Under the pieces are notes generated by a model. That model saw only the letters and a list, made by a program, of their open reading frames with translations, ran no database searches and was not told where the DNA came from. The translations under genes and the position numbers were made by a program. Source: Dicyema japonicum (Eukaryota > Animalia > Dicyemida). From it: DNA of 64,000 bases. The stretch is from contig RDEW01000036.1 in assembly GCA_011109175.1 (NCBI GenBank), positions 189,583 to 253,582 of the forward strand. Direction: 5' to 3'. Shown here piece by piece: positions 1-12,929 of the stretch. Each line of letters starts with the position of its first letter. Within the stretch, counting starts at the first letter, position 1.

Positions 1-417
1 GAATCATAAAATTTTTATCATCTTTTTCTTCTATTCCTGTCAGGTTCTGTATTAACTCATTTTCAAAAGCTTTCTTGAAACAATTTGTAATTGTAAATTG
101 TGATATTTCAAGCCAAACTTGATTTATGATTATGAAAAAATTCTGATTTCCTTCTTTTAAAAAAATAATAAACGTTTTTGATTTTGTACTATGCTAACTA
201 TTGTAAAACGTGTAATTTATTCATTTTAAATAATTTTGTATATACATATAAAATTATTAATTTATGTTCACAAACATTTGACGTTCTATTCTTTAATACT
301 GAACACCAAAATATTTAAATAAATGATATACATTTTTAAAAGTGGTTTTCATTTTATAATTAATATATTAATGACAATTACTAATTTTCGTTATTGTGAA
401 TTGCATTAATATGGCAT

Positions 418-459
418 GTTCACTATAGAGAGGGTTCATTATAGAGAGGATTGACTGTA
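418..459 (-). mobile_element. Terminal inverted repeat of a pogo/Tc1-mariner-like DNA transposon; the AT-rich body probably runs off the left edge
   Basis: The minus strand reads TA|CAGTCAATCCTCTCTATAATGAACCCTCTCTATAGTGAAC: a TA target, a CAGT terminus and a tandem ~16-nt sub-repeat. It cuts off the RTE ORF just after its C-terminal DRGRWKRL motif. Confidence 0.6.
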
Positions 460-3375
460 GTTAGTCTTTTCCATCTTCCTCTGTCGAATGCGAGTGATCT
501 CAATTCGTCCAGGTCGTCTCCCGTCTTTAGATTTTTTCTCACACGATTTAAGTCTTTGTTTAGGGCTGTCGAAAGTGTCGATCTAGGTCGTCCGCGGAAA
601 AGTTTTTCGCATCTGTCAAAGTAATCTTCCATCGCTTTGTTAGCGGGTGCGTCCGGGTTCATTCTTAGTACATGCCCAAATTGCCTCCACCGGGCATCTA
701 TCACATCTTCGCTAAGAAAACATACAGATACCAGTGGTTGATATTCTACGTGGCCACTCCATTCCGAGTAAGCTTCTTAGTTGCCTTCTATCGAACGAAT
801 CCAGTTTTGATAGTTCTTTGAAGGAACTTCCCCATGTCCCAGCGTTATACAGTAGGATCGGTTTCACAAACGCGTTGTAAAGCCTGCATCTGATGTCAAC
901 TCCAAGTCCTTTGGCCCTTAGCCATCCTTTCTTCAGTTTAGCCATTGCTGCATTTGCCAGTGTTTTCCTCCTTAGTACATCTTCAGCGTCTCCTAGTAGA
1001 GAGCCGAGCTTATTAGTACGTCTCCATCTTTCATGAGTAATATCGTCTTCTCTTTTGATTTCCGTAATTTCAGTTTTGTTAACATTTACGCTGAGAAACC
1101 ATTTTTCAAGCTCCGCAGGTGCATTTTCTAGCAGGTGTTGGAGTGCGGTCACATCCCGTGATACAAAATCCACATCATCCGCATAAGATGTCTCTTCTAT
1201 GTCTCCTATATAGCATTTACGGAGGTCGCGGAGTGCAGATTCAAGGTATATGGTGAATAGTAAAGGGGAGAGGGAATCACCCTGGGGTGTCCCAATCGTT
1301 GTTTTGAAACTGCGGGAAGTTGCTCCTTCTGTCCTCACAGATAGTCTTGTGTTCGCAAGTAGTGATCTGATTATCCTAACCGACGCACATTAATCAGTTT
1401 CTGTCTGTTTATTGAGTCGAAAGCTCTGGAGAGATCTATTCCCAACACGGTTGTTGCGCTCTTGAATCTTTGGTGCGTTGCGCAGCGCCATCTGTGGCTC
1501 CATACAATGTCTGCCGTAGACCTCCCTTCTCGGAACCCACTTTGACTTGCTGGTAGGTATAGATCCGCCACACCCTTTATCCGGCTTAGTGCAATGTTTG
1601 CCAGCACCTTGCGTATCGAATTCAGAAGTATTATCGGGCGGAGATTTTCTACTGGTCCTTTTGATTTGTTCGGTTTTTGTATGGGTATTAATAATCCATT
1701 TCCAAGTCCTAGATCGGTATTAGTTTCACAGACGTCATTTAGGGTTTTTGCAATTGTGTCGCTAAGTTTTTTTGGCCCATATTTTAGGAGCTCAGGGCTT
1801 ATGTTGTCCGGCCCAGCACTCTTGTTGTTCTTCAGTTTATTTATCGCTAATTCCACCTCTTCCACTGTGATTGGGATTTTTAGCCCCTTTGCTTCTCCTT
1901 GGAAAGGGGGAAAGTCATTATTTTCTTTATTCAACAGTGTTTCGAAGTGTCGTGCAATCAATTCTGCTTTTTCTTTCGGGTTACCCACGAATTTTCCATC
2001 TTTGTCTTTGATGTGAAGGATGTTTTGTCCTTTCTTTGTCCGCAGCAGCCGCATACATCCTTGAATTGTCTTTTAGGCATTCCACATCTTTTAATAGGGA
2101 TGTAATAATTTCCCGTGAGTGTTTTCTGTTCATCTTTTTGATTTTCCACTTTAGTTCCCTTTGTTGGATATTAAGCTCTTTTTTTTACTCTCGTCTGACG
2201 TGTTTGCCGCTTTTAGTCGTAGCTCTCTGCAATGCTTTGCCATATTTGGCACGTTCGGGTGGTGATCCAATTTTGATGATTTCGGACTCCAAGGCATATT
2301 TTGGCCGACTTGGAGATTGCCTGTTTTGTTTGATCCCACAGAGTTTGCACTGATGATTCCGGTGCGGTTTTCACCATAAGAGTCTCGATTTGTTCGTGAT
2401 ATTTATCTCTACAAGTTGGCTCTAACCCAATTTTCTGTCTGAAAGTATATATTGGGCTTTGTCTCGCCTTCTTCGCGTTTTCAATGTATTTTTTCCTAGT
2501 CAGGTGCTTTTTTACAAATAGTTTTGCAATGACGATCCTGTGGTCGCTGTCAGTTGTTGTTCCCTGCTAGGAACGAGCATCATTTATCAGGTGTGTATCA
2601 GACATTCGGGAGATAATGTAGTCGATTTGATTATATATATTCATGGTCTCTCCGACAGAGTTTTTTCTTTGTCCGTGCCACGTCGTCTTGTGGCAAGCTG
2701 AGTGCGTAAAGGCCGTGTTGCACAGGAAAAGGCTATTCGCCTCGCAGAAGTTTACCAGAGAGGCTCCAGATGCATTTCTCCTTCCGCGCCCGTGTCTTCC
2801 AATAGAGGATTCTTCGGGCCTTATTCGCATTCCGGGCTTTGCATTTATATCTCCCGCAACAAAGACAAGGGACGAGGAAGCATTATTAGAGTATGTACTT
2901 GATAGTTCTGATAGAATTCCTCGAGCTCACCGGGGTTCTTGATTACTCGTCCAGAGTGTGGTGCATGACATTTTGACAGTTAATAGACTTTGGACGGGCA
3001 TAGTTCATTTAGTTTGACTTGTAGGACACATATTCGGTCGTTGACTCTCCAATAGTGATGTAATTTTTTGAGGTAATCCACGTGTAAGACAAATCCCATG
3101 CCGTAGTGTTGCATTCAGTTGGGAAGAGAACCAGTCGGTAGTTGTTCCATGTCTCATCGCGTCCATTTTCGATTTTCGTCTCTTGTAGGCAGCCAATAGA
3201 TATTTTGTATTTCTCGAGATCGTCACAAAGTACCTTCCTTGTCCAATCTTTCGATATTCCACGTACGTTGAACGTCATTAGCCTGAGTTCTCGATTGTAT
3301 GATGAGTGTTTTTCAGACATTTTTCTTAACCGTTGTACAGAGAAGAAACGAGGCACGTCACCACTTCACCAAAAA
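460..3375 (-). mobile_element. RTE-clade non-LTR retrotransposon (APE endonuclease + RT), near full length, frameshifted
   Basis: ORF pieces carry TFNVRG/CLQETK and NQIDYI (endonuclease), GTPQGDSLSP, YADD and KLGSLLG (RT), and RWRQFGHVLR..RGRPR..DRGRW (RTE C-terminus). Confidence 0.95.
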
Positions 3376-4335
3376 GTGAGTTCCTCTTACTGAGAATTTC
3401 AGTTCCCCTTCGATTTTTCAACGTCATGTGAAGGCTGTAAAACTCTGGATGACATCAATCATCAACGCGAATAGAAATGGGTTCAGAAAATCTTCAGGTT
3501 TCACTATTATCTAAGAGTCTCCGAAAACTCACATTTAGGCAAAGTTTACCGATTTAATGATCTCCGGAGATCTTTCGACTCATATTAACGAGTTTGTAAC
3601 ATTGACTATATCGATCTTCACCATGAACATTTCCTCAACTCCTTTGCGCCAATACAGAGCGTATCATTACGAATTCCTTTGAGACAGTTTTGTCAGCTGT
3701 CAGTCCACTGTAAGACTTCGAGTTGCACAAAAGTGATTTGCCTTTTATGCGAAAGAAATTCGATCTGATTGGAAATCTTTATATGTCAGTCATATGTCAA
3801 CAGCCATTCAAGTTGTTTTGTGGCTGCAGAATGTTAGAATACAGTGTTTCAGAGAAATAAGTTAAAGGCGTAGCAAAAGTTTTCCAAGACTGTGCTAGGG
3901 AAATTCCTATTTTATTTCCATCCATTTTCAATGAAAATTCAAGTGGGATTAATATGTAGTCGACATGCTCATTGATTCCTCCTTTGACTTGTCTTGGTAG
4001 AGCAGGTAATCTGTGGTGCCTCTTCAGTCTTTTAGACCTCTGTCATTGAAGGTTTGACTACCATCCTAACGTGAATTAGACACATGGAGAAAGACTTCAA
4101 AATCTCAAACAATAAAGTTAACTGCTGTTTTTGGAATAAATTCAATTATCCATCCCCCACATCAACAGGGTGGTCTCACTCAAGTTCCCTTCACCCTTGC
4201 AGTCAAATTAAGTCACTAAAAGCGATAATGGCTGACAAGTTTACTTGAATTTAGAACTGTCGAAATTCCGTTGAAAAGACGAATCCAATATAAACGTAAC
4301 ATCGCAAAAAATACACAATATTTAGAGATTTATTA

Positions 4336-4555
4336 ATGGAGAAGGTAAGGGAGAAGAACAGACTTGCGGCAGCCAGGTACAGAGAAAAGTTAAAATCGAA
4401 GATTAGGGATCTAGGACATGCATTAATGTAGTTTATATTAGGAATTGAGCATTAAAAAGGTGGAATATTGCAAAAAACTGAAGGATGTTGCTTTTAAAAA
4501 GTTTTTGGAGGATATTTTTGAGGAGACAGAAGTGATCTCAATTGACCGTGAGTAG
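4336..4555 (+). CDS. Small bZIP-like protein (basic region plus short zipper); 5' end uncertain
   Basis: MEKVREKNRLAAARYREKLKSKIRDL matches the bZIP basic region (N-x2-AA-x-R). The frame continues to TAG at 4553-4555 only if a 22-nt GC-AG intron (4420-4441) is removed. Confidence 0.5.
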
Positions 4556-5573
4556 ATCAGTTCGATGTCGTACCTTAAATTTGTAGATTACATTAGAGCT
4601 ATGTTTGACTGCTTTTTCATGCCTGCCTTAACCAGGTTTAGTCATCATTTCTGGGTTAATGTTGTTAAACTAGGATAGTCTGAATTTACCCCTTCACATG
4701 TTATTATGGTCTTTGAACATACATTATCGTGTTCAAAGGTAGGACTTGAGGTTGGGGACCTTAATGTTAATCAGTAAAAAAATAAAAGTCAATAAAATCA
4801 AATTAAAAATTTTCAACTTATGGGGTAACAATATTATTTAAAATTAAACGTGTTGCTTAGTGGTTTGACTTCTTTCCAATGAAAGAAAAGAAGATGAAAG
4901 GATGCAGAAAATTACTTAAAAATTCATTAACAGAGGTGCAGGAGACTTATTTGCTCACATTCTACCAATGAGATAGTAAGAATGCGCATCTTGTGTAAGG
5001 AAGTATGGCCTGAACTGTAGTCTTGCGGGAGATTTTTTCCACCTCGGGTGTCTGAGAATGTGGAAACTGGCTTCAAAAATGGGATATTAAGAAGGAAGAC
5101 TGCAAATATTGTATATCCTGACGCAGCCTAAGCCCTCTGCTAGTTATATATTATACTTAAAAGGAGGGACAGCTGAAAAGAGAAATGGCTGATTGAGTGC
5201 AATTTAATAAAAATAAGGGATTATGCTCTGTTACATTAGCTTGACTATAAATGCATGTATTTTGCGTTTTTTATTAAAAAACACAGAAATCAATCAAAAA
5301 TGATCACCGTCTACAATATCGAAGTTGCGTTGCCTTTCACGATTGCAACAAAGATCAACTGGGGAAGCCACCGAGTCTCACGTGCGTCGTGGTTTTGTAA
5401 TGTGTCCAAGCTTCGTTAGGAAACGAAAATTGTAAACAGAAAAATGAATTTTATTAAATTGCGAAATATAAGAGTATTAAATAAGTGAAAACCAAACAGA
5501 AATTTATTAAGTTACAATTTGTATATAAATAGAAAGATTTCAGACTAAATTAACGTCTGTTTTGGCTTGTTGA

Positions 5574-6303
5574 ATGTCTACCAGAAGAAAAATAATTATA
5601 ACCAATATAGGAATATTGGCTGTAATGACTGTAATTCTATTAGATCATCACAATATTCTCATTTTATGCTGGCGGTCTGCTTATGACTTATTACTTCACT
5701 GATAGACTCCTCTCCATTTGGACCTTCAAAGTATTCGGAATCATCCTCCTCACTACTGGGGTAGCCTCAAATTTAGGAATAGCAGCTGGGATTGCTTCCT
5801 TCTTCAGAAACAAACTTGGACATCAATTAGTATAATTATATGTGAAGACCTAGTATTGTGTAATCCTCATTTTCACGTTAATTTGTGTCTTAGCACAGAC
5901 TACCTTTTTATAGTGAACAGAGATCTTGTTGTTGATCATACTAATTCTAGCTTTTTTCTGAATTGGAAGAAAAATTCAAAAATGGCGTTTACAATTTCGC
6001 TGAATATAAGAGAGAGATAGATTCCTGGCAAAGTTCTTACAAGTGCTGTGGCAGTCACACTTACAGGGATTACAACATCCCATTACCGTCATCCTGCTGT
6101 AACGCCAGAAATTGTTCAGTTCCATATGCTTTTAAAACTGTAATTAATTGTATGAAAGCAGGGTTGTGTTGATAAAATTATTTATTTGATCAACAACTAT
6201 GATGTCTATTAACTTTGTTTTATCAGCAATCATTTTCTTACTATTGGTTTATTATTTTACACATTTTTAGATATTGGGATTCGTCATTGATTTTCAAAGT
6301 TAA
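5574..6303 (+). CDS. Tetraspanin, 6 exons, with two apparent frameshifts (pseudogene or assembly error)
   Basis: Four hydrophobic segments and a large loop with CCG, PSSCC and a terminal GC. GT-AG introns at 5622-5643, 5830-5853, 5928-5950, 6140-6161 and 6247-6270. The frame breaks at the T5 run 5905-5909 and again near 6190-6197. Confidence 0.8.
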
Positions 6304-6419
6304 TTAAATTAATGATTCCCTTTATTAATACAATTTACTTACACTTTAGACATTTCTATTACTAAAATTTAATATTCGTGGATACACAAGAAAGAGGTTA
6401 AGGAGGTAATTGACTTCTA

Positions 6420-6760
6420 GGGCTTATTCAGTTCTAACGGTCGGAGTAAGACCCGTCCTTTCTAAGCATCAAGCCCATCATATCCGTAGCCATGGACACC
6501 CGACCAGTGGAGTAGGAAGAGAGAGATTCTCTCCGGATGCCTGCCAGGAACAGGGCTTCTCCTGAGACAGGTGGAATACACGCTGCCTCTTAGGAAAGAG
6601 AAAACCTCCGATTGAATATATACAGGTGGTAGAACCCACAACTAATCACCATACGAGTGACATCACTAACCACTAGCTTAGTAGTAAAGATTCTATGTCA
6701 TTAGACATTGAGTTTAGCGATAAAATACTTTAAGGCTATTCGGTCGGAGGTTTCTCTTTC
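6420..6760 (+). other. Comparatively GC-rich structured segment resembling a retrotransposon 5' UTR, containing a 24-bp inverted repeat
   Basis: 6594-6618 pairs with 6737-6760 (one bulge, two G-U pairs). Crossing short stems occur at 6420-6425/6471-6476 and 6439-6444/6500-6505. Confidence 0.35.
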
Positions 6761-7029
6761 ATTCAACTACTTTTATAATCCCTTGCTCTACAGCACCAGC
6801 ATCAGGGTGACACTAAGGAAAACTTTTCAAGATGATGAATCTTATGTTTTTTAAACAAAGTCAGAAGTACAACAATTATAAGTGCTAAGAGTAAGCGGTT
6901 AGAATTGACTTAAATATTTAGTTAGTATTAAATTATGTAAATTGATCTAATAATATTACTTATCCCTTAATAACATATTTGATTCCAAAAAAGTTAATTG
7001 TGACTCTCCAAAAAACTTGAAACTTATTA

Positions 7030-8870
7030 CCGTATGCCAAATATGTACAAGCTGACAACGAAATGTGTGAATGGGAAACTATCAGACTACATTGAAGCAT
7101 ATAGACTGATTAGTGACAACCAACTGGGAACTCGTAGATTCTGTCAAGGAGCCAAAGAGCACTAATAAATCAGTGTATCAATCAGGAGAACGGGAATAAT
7201 TTGGCTACTTCCTGGATAGACGTTAAAAAGGCTTTCCTGAATAAAGTACTTGAGACATCTGGATTGCCTGTTTGGATAATTTTATTAAAAACTTTGTAAC
7301 TAAATGGAAGATTAAATTGACATTTTGTCAGAAAATGATTGGAGTAGTGAAAGTGAAAAAGGGGATCCTACAGGGCGACTCACTGTCCCCTCAGATCTTT
7401 GTCATTGTGATTGATGTGTTAAGCGAATTATTAAATGAAAAATTTCCGAAAGTGATAATTAACAATCCAGATGTCACTAACATACAAATCATCTATTTTT
7501 TATGGATGATTTAAAAATATTTTCCCATAAAGAGGATACATTGGTAAGAATGATGAATCAAGTCAATGATTTCTTTGAAGCTCTGGACTAGAGAAGAATT
7601 TTTATAAGTCAGCAACAAATGTTCGAAGCTTATCTGAGGAGACAAGGTTACTTGATGGATTTGATGGTTACCGCTACCTGGGAGTGCTTGAAGATAAGTC
7701 AAGCAGTGTTTTGAAAAATCAAAAATATTGAAGGCAATTTTTGATATGATGAAAAAATAATTTAGATACGAAACTTAACTCTGCTAACATGTTCAAGGCC
7801 ATCAACGAACATGCACTGTCACTATATAATTACTACATCGGACTTGTCGATATCGATCCAAACGAATTCGAGAACATTGATAAAAAATAAGCGGGATACT
7901 TACAAGCCATCGAATTCATCTGAAACCTTCTAATAAAGAAAGACTCTATATGCCAAGGAACAGACTAGGAAGAGGATTGGTCTCTATAACCCATAAGAGC
8001 GAACGTATGCTTTTTCAATTTCTCAGGGATCTGGAGAAAAAATCCTATTGGTGCCCAAGAAGAGCAGGAATTATACGGGTCATTAAATCAAAAAAAACAC
8101 ATATGACCACAATCGTAGAATTCCTAACTCGGAAATATAGCATTGAACAACCAGAGAGCCTAAGTGTTAAAATTATAGGATTACAAAATGAATACTTAAT
8201 GCAACAAATAAAAAAGTCTTTGCATTCGACTCTCTTTGAATGCTTCAAGAAACAGATACGGACATTACGGAATCCTCCACATGGTTAATGCACGGGAACA
8301 ATTCTCCACGCTCAGAAGGAACATTGTGTTTGGTACAACACCGTAATTTGTTTTTTGAAACTGTGGAGCAAGTTGGAGTCACTGCCACTCTGCAAAGAAA
8401 TAAGTTGATCATCTGGCACCCAGATGAGGACGAATACTTAACAGTGATTATTTGAAGAGACACAATGAAGTAATAAAATGAATTCATCTGCATCTGTGTC
8501 GCCAATTCGGAATCAAGCAGTCGAAGAAGTTGAAGAACAATTCGGTCCAATCTGTAGTGGCTAATGAAACTGTTGAGATCAGAGTCAACTATAACTACTG
8601 ATACAAAGATTATGAACAATAAACCAGACATTTTCGTAATGGACAAATTAATGAGAAAAATAATAGAAGTTGGAATCACTTACAGAAAAATTTGAAGAAT
8701 GTTGAAATTGAAAAATTCATCAAATACGATCTTTTAGCAAGCGAACTTGAAAGTTACAATTATCCCCGTTGTTTTAACCTGGGATGGAATCGTCACCAAA
8801 TATTACAGACATTATCTTAATTCCCTTAAAATTGAATACCCGGTCAGAGCATATATACAGACCATTACAC
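7030..8870 (+). mobile_element. Degenerate R2/R4/NeSL-type non-LTR retrotransposon (RT + restriction-like endonuclease)
   Basis: GILQGDSLSP, F.DD, YLG, RLGRGL, a CCHC remnant (HCHSAK..VDHL), KPDIF and KYDLL, with many stops and frameshifts. Confidence 0.85.
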
Positions 8871-9399
8871 TAAAGAAAACTCTTGTGTGTTGACTGTAAA
8901 CATGAAATTAAAACTCAAAATAACGAAATTTTCCCAGATGATTTTTTTGTTGATCATGAGACGGAGAAATGGAAATTCAATGGCGAAGCTTTGGATGAGA
9001 ATACATATTCTCACAATATTTATGACAAAACCGAGGAACAGGAGGACTATGAAATGAACTCCACTGAGACTGATAACGTGCTTGAAAAGTCGAACGATGG
9101 GCCAGAGACGAGTGATGGAAGAAAAAGATCTTGACCAATCCTGGAACCAAAAGAAGATATTAAGCATTATTTACTCTTAATTGGAAGTGCATTAGTTTTT
9201 AAATAAACAATTTTTACTTATCCTTTTACTCCTCATGTCGTTTTTGGAATTTCCAACAAGGATACCTTGTTTTTGGTAAAAAAATATATAAACTCATGAG
9301 TCATGACATAGAATCATGAAGTTTTTAAAAATTTTTATGCTTTAAAAAATCTTTACTAAAAATTAACAAAATAGACATCATCTTTATGGAGAACATTAC

Positions 9400-11040
9400 G
9401 GAAACTCAAAAAGAATCCCATACAACATACACCAGGAATTAATCCTGACACACTTATGAAATTTTGTCAGTTTAAGTCACAAGCCATATTTGAAGCTGGA
9501 TCATCAACCGAATCACAAGAAGAAAAAATATCCATACATCGAAAATTTCAAACTACTGGAGGTATTTCATGCAATTAAATACGTGAAAAATATAAAATCC
9601 AAAGGGGCGGATGACATTTTAATAACTGAATTGAAACACTTGGGGCCAATAGCGATCGATGCTCTTACTGAGATTTTCAATTACTCAGTTAATAGAAATG
9701 AGATTCCCTCATCATGGAAAAGATCACTTATACATCCAATACCTAAAAAGAACAAAACTTCAGACGACCCCCGGAGTTATCGTCCAACATCGATTTTTTA
9801 TGGCCTTTTAAGAACATTGGAAAAATTAATCCTCCACACGATTAATCATTTGCTTGATCTTGCAAGTTTACAGCATGGCTTCAGATCGGGATACTCAACT
9901 TGAACACATCTAACAAAACTAATTTAGTTCATCTCGGATAGACTGAACTACTCGAAAATACATAAAAGAACGGTACTTGTCGCTCTGGATATCGAGAAGG
10001 TGTTTGATTCGGTACCGAGGAAGACTCTAACGACAAAAATTTTTGACACCGATATCTATCAAAAAATCCAGATGTGGCTGGCCAATTTCATTAATGGTAG
10101 AAAAGACAAAGTTGTCATGAATAATAGAAAATCAAGACAACGATACCTCCCCAACGGGGTCCCTCAAGGATCCCTTTTATCACCAACCTTGTTCAATTTA
10201 TTTACAAGAGACCTTCCAAATCCAAACATCCAAAATACCATCCTTCTGTCTTATGCCGACGATCTCATCGTCGCAGCAAGACACCAAGACCATAAAGAAG
10301 CTGCACGAAGGGTTCAGGAGACCCTCGACATTATGAACTTATGGTTCCTCAAAAACCACATGAAAATATCCCCTGGGAAGATGAGCACTGCGATTATCTC
10401 CTACAGAAAACATCATCCTTCGATCCTAAATTAACTTGGAATGGAGAGCTTATCCCAGTTAATAAGAACCCATCAATCTTTGGAGTTACATATGACCCGT
10501 TGATGACGTTCACATATCATGTGGACACAATAATTTCAAGAGTTCAAAAAAAGATGGTGATCCTCAAGACCTTTGCTAGATCTCCAATATTTTCACTTTC
10601 TCATCTTAAATTATTATACAAACAGTATATTCTACCGACAATGGAACATAAATGATTACACTTTTGTCAATATCCACGCAGAACAAATTAGAGGTCATAC
10701 AAAACTAATGCCTCTGGGTCTTTCCTAAATGTGACAGAATGACACCTACGTCAGAAATAGGAACACATTAGATCTCAAAAAAGTTATGGAACATCTCGGT
10801 GACGAACAACAAAAATTATTGAAAATAGTGCGATCTTCTGGTAGCCCCTTTTGAAGATGAGTTTCTTGCCTACCAGAAGTATGCTCGCAAATTTGAGATC
10901 AAACCTTCCCCCTTTTGGACGATCATAAAACATTGCCGACAAAGTCGAAATAAATGAGGACGCACTGACACCGGGATCACTTAATTAGACGATAACTCTT
11001 TCCTTTTTCCTGTGTTCCCGGGGTTATAATAATAATAAAA
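9400..11040 (+). mobile_element. Degenerate Jockey/I-like LINE with its 3' end
   Basis: SWKRSLIHPIPK..SYRP, QHGFR, NGVPQGSLLSP, YADD. Ends GTGTTCCCGGGTTATAATAATAATAA. Confidence 0.9.
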
Positions 11041-11467
11041 ATTAACAAGTGAAGCGTTCAAAATTTATTGAAATGTAGAATTATCTTCCTTCGCTGATTG
11101 GAAACTGTCCCTGAATCATCCCTAAAAATATTCTTGCTGCAGTTTAGTCTCATTCTCAAAAATCGATAAAATTAGTTCAATATTACTTACTGAATGTGCT
11201 TTTCTCGATTTTATTTTTCAGAGAGGTCAATTTCTCGGTGTTTCTTGGTTTATGAAAATAAAAAGTGGAATGTAATTGTAATCGATTTCGACCTGTTGTT
11301 TTCCAAGCATACTCTTCTACTTTTTTTATTTATTTAACCCAAGACCATGCTGTCAAAATAATCAATATAAATAAATTTTATATAAACTCAACTTATTTTT
11401 GGTTAAAAATTATTGTAAATAATTAATTTTGATATTATTTAAAATACTTTTGTTAATTTTGATATTT

Positions 11468-12170
11468 ACGATATCGTCTTAGCCTCACGGGATCAGAACA
11501 CCCAAACAGGGACGGAAAAAAATACAACACCACATGGATCGACTACTCGAGTGGTTTAATGAAAATCGGATGTCAATCAATACCGAAAAATATGCTACAA
11601 CTCTTTATACCTCTGACAAAAGATTGTCGAACAGGACAATAGAAGTACTGCGGAGGGAAGAGCATTGCCGTTCAGCAAATGGCAAAAAATATTGGGTCTG
11701 ACTTTCGATACATGAACTTTTCGAGACATGTCACTAACGTGCTGAACAAATGTGAGAAAAAAATCAACCTTCTAAAATGCCTAACAGGTCTATGGAAAAT
11801 TGGACATCACCCTATACTTAAAATGCTCTACTCACAGTACATCGAACCATGCATTTCATATGCGTGTACTTCATGGGGACCACTTGCCTCTTATAAGAAC
11901 ATCCAGAAAATCTACGCAACCCAGAAAAGGGCCTTCAAGCCAACGGAAAGATGATACACACGAGAAAACATTAAATCACTGACGCCCATGGAGAAACTAA
12001 TCAAAAAACAAGAATGGACACCAATGCCAAAAAGAAAGTGCTCGTCCGCAACGAACTTGTGTAGGCTCAAGGGATCAACACCGAGAAAAGATGAGAGCCT
12101 TTATCCAATTCTTCGGGATCACTTAGTTTAGTTTTTTTCGGTTTAACAGCGGTCTTTAGAATTAATTAAT
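11468..12170 (+). mobile_element. 5'-truncated Jockey/I-like LINE (family B), near-identical to the minus-strand copy at 51431-52140
   Basis: By eye, the sequence matches the reverse complement of 51431-52140 closely, and the translated ORFs are almost the same (MAKNIGSDFRYMNFSRHVTNVLNKCEKK...). Confidence 0.9.
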
Positions 12171-12246
12171 TTAATTTTGTTAATTAATTTTAATATTATT
12201 TAAAATACTTTTCTTTGTTGTGTTAGCTTTGTTCATTATTTTAGAA

Positions 12247-12929
12247 ATGTACAATAGAATAGGATTACAAACTCCACGTGGTAGTGGGACAAGTGGATAT
12301 GTCCAAAAGAACACAGCCTGCCTCATAAAACAGAAAGACAAGATAAAATACGACTACAAAACCGACACTAAACCTACAACACTAAAGAAACCAAATCAGT
12401 TCATTCTAATCCACGAGAAGAAGCGCAAAGTGGAAGCCCAATGTTTAGAAATGGAAGAATTGATGACTCAGAAGGGATACTCTGAGGCAGAGTGTAATAC
12501 TATGGTCTCTGAATTTCGGAGGAAATTGTTAGCTAGTCTGGACGACACTGTGGAGATTGAACTGGACGAATTTGGGAGACCAAGGTGATATTTATATAAT
12601 ATTGTAGTACCAAGGGAAGTCATCAATTGGCTGTGGCACAGAACAAACGCAATGAAATGTTGAGGGATGCATTCGGGCTCGACGAATCTTATGATAGAGT
12701 ATCCTCGCTGTCTCGGATTCCATTCAAAAAGAAGGAAGATGGAGTCTCTGAGACTCCTGTTGTGTCTATTCCAGTAAAGGAAGAGAAAGTCAAGAAAGAA
12801 TCAAAGAAACAGAAGAAGTCAAAGCGTAAGATGGAGGAGGAAAAGAAGACAGAGTCTGAAGAGACTGACTGTAGCTGTAGTGATTGTGAGAGGGACAAAC
12901 TCAGCAAGGGATCTAAAAGAAGACGTTAA
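12247..12929 (+). CDS. CWC21: Pre-mRNA splicing factor CWC21/SRRM2-like (cwf21 domain), short form
   Basis: MYNRIGLQTPRGSGTSGYVQKN N-terminus and ILIHEKKRKVEAQC cwf21 domain. One 23-nt GT-AG intron (12585-12607) joins the two ORFs in frame. Confidence 0.92.

Noticed and set aside
1594-2942. Plus-strand ORFs of 62-140 aa, and similar ones at 53885-55177 on the minus strand
   Set aside because: Antisense shadows of RTE coding sequence.
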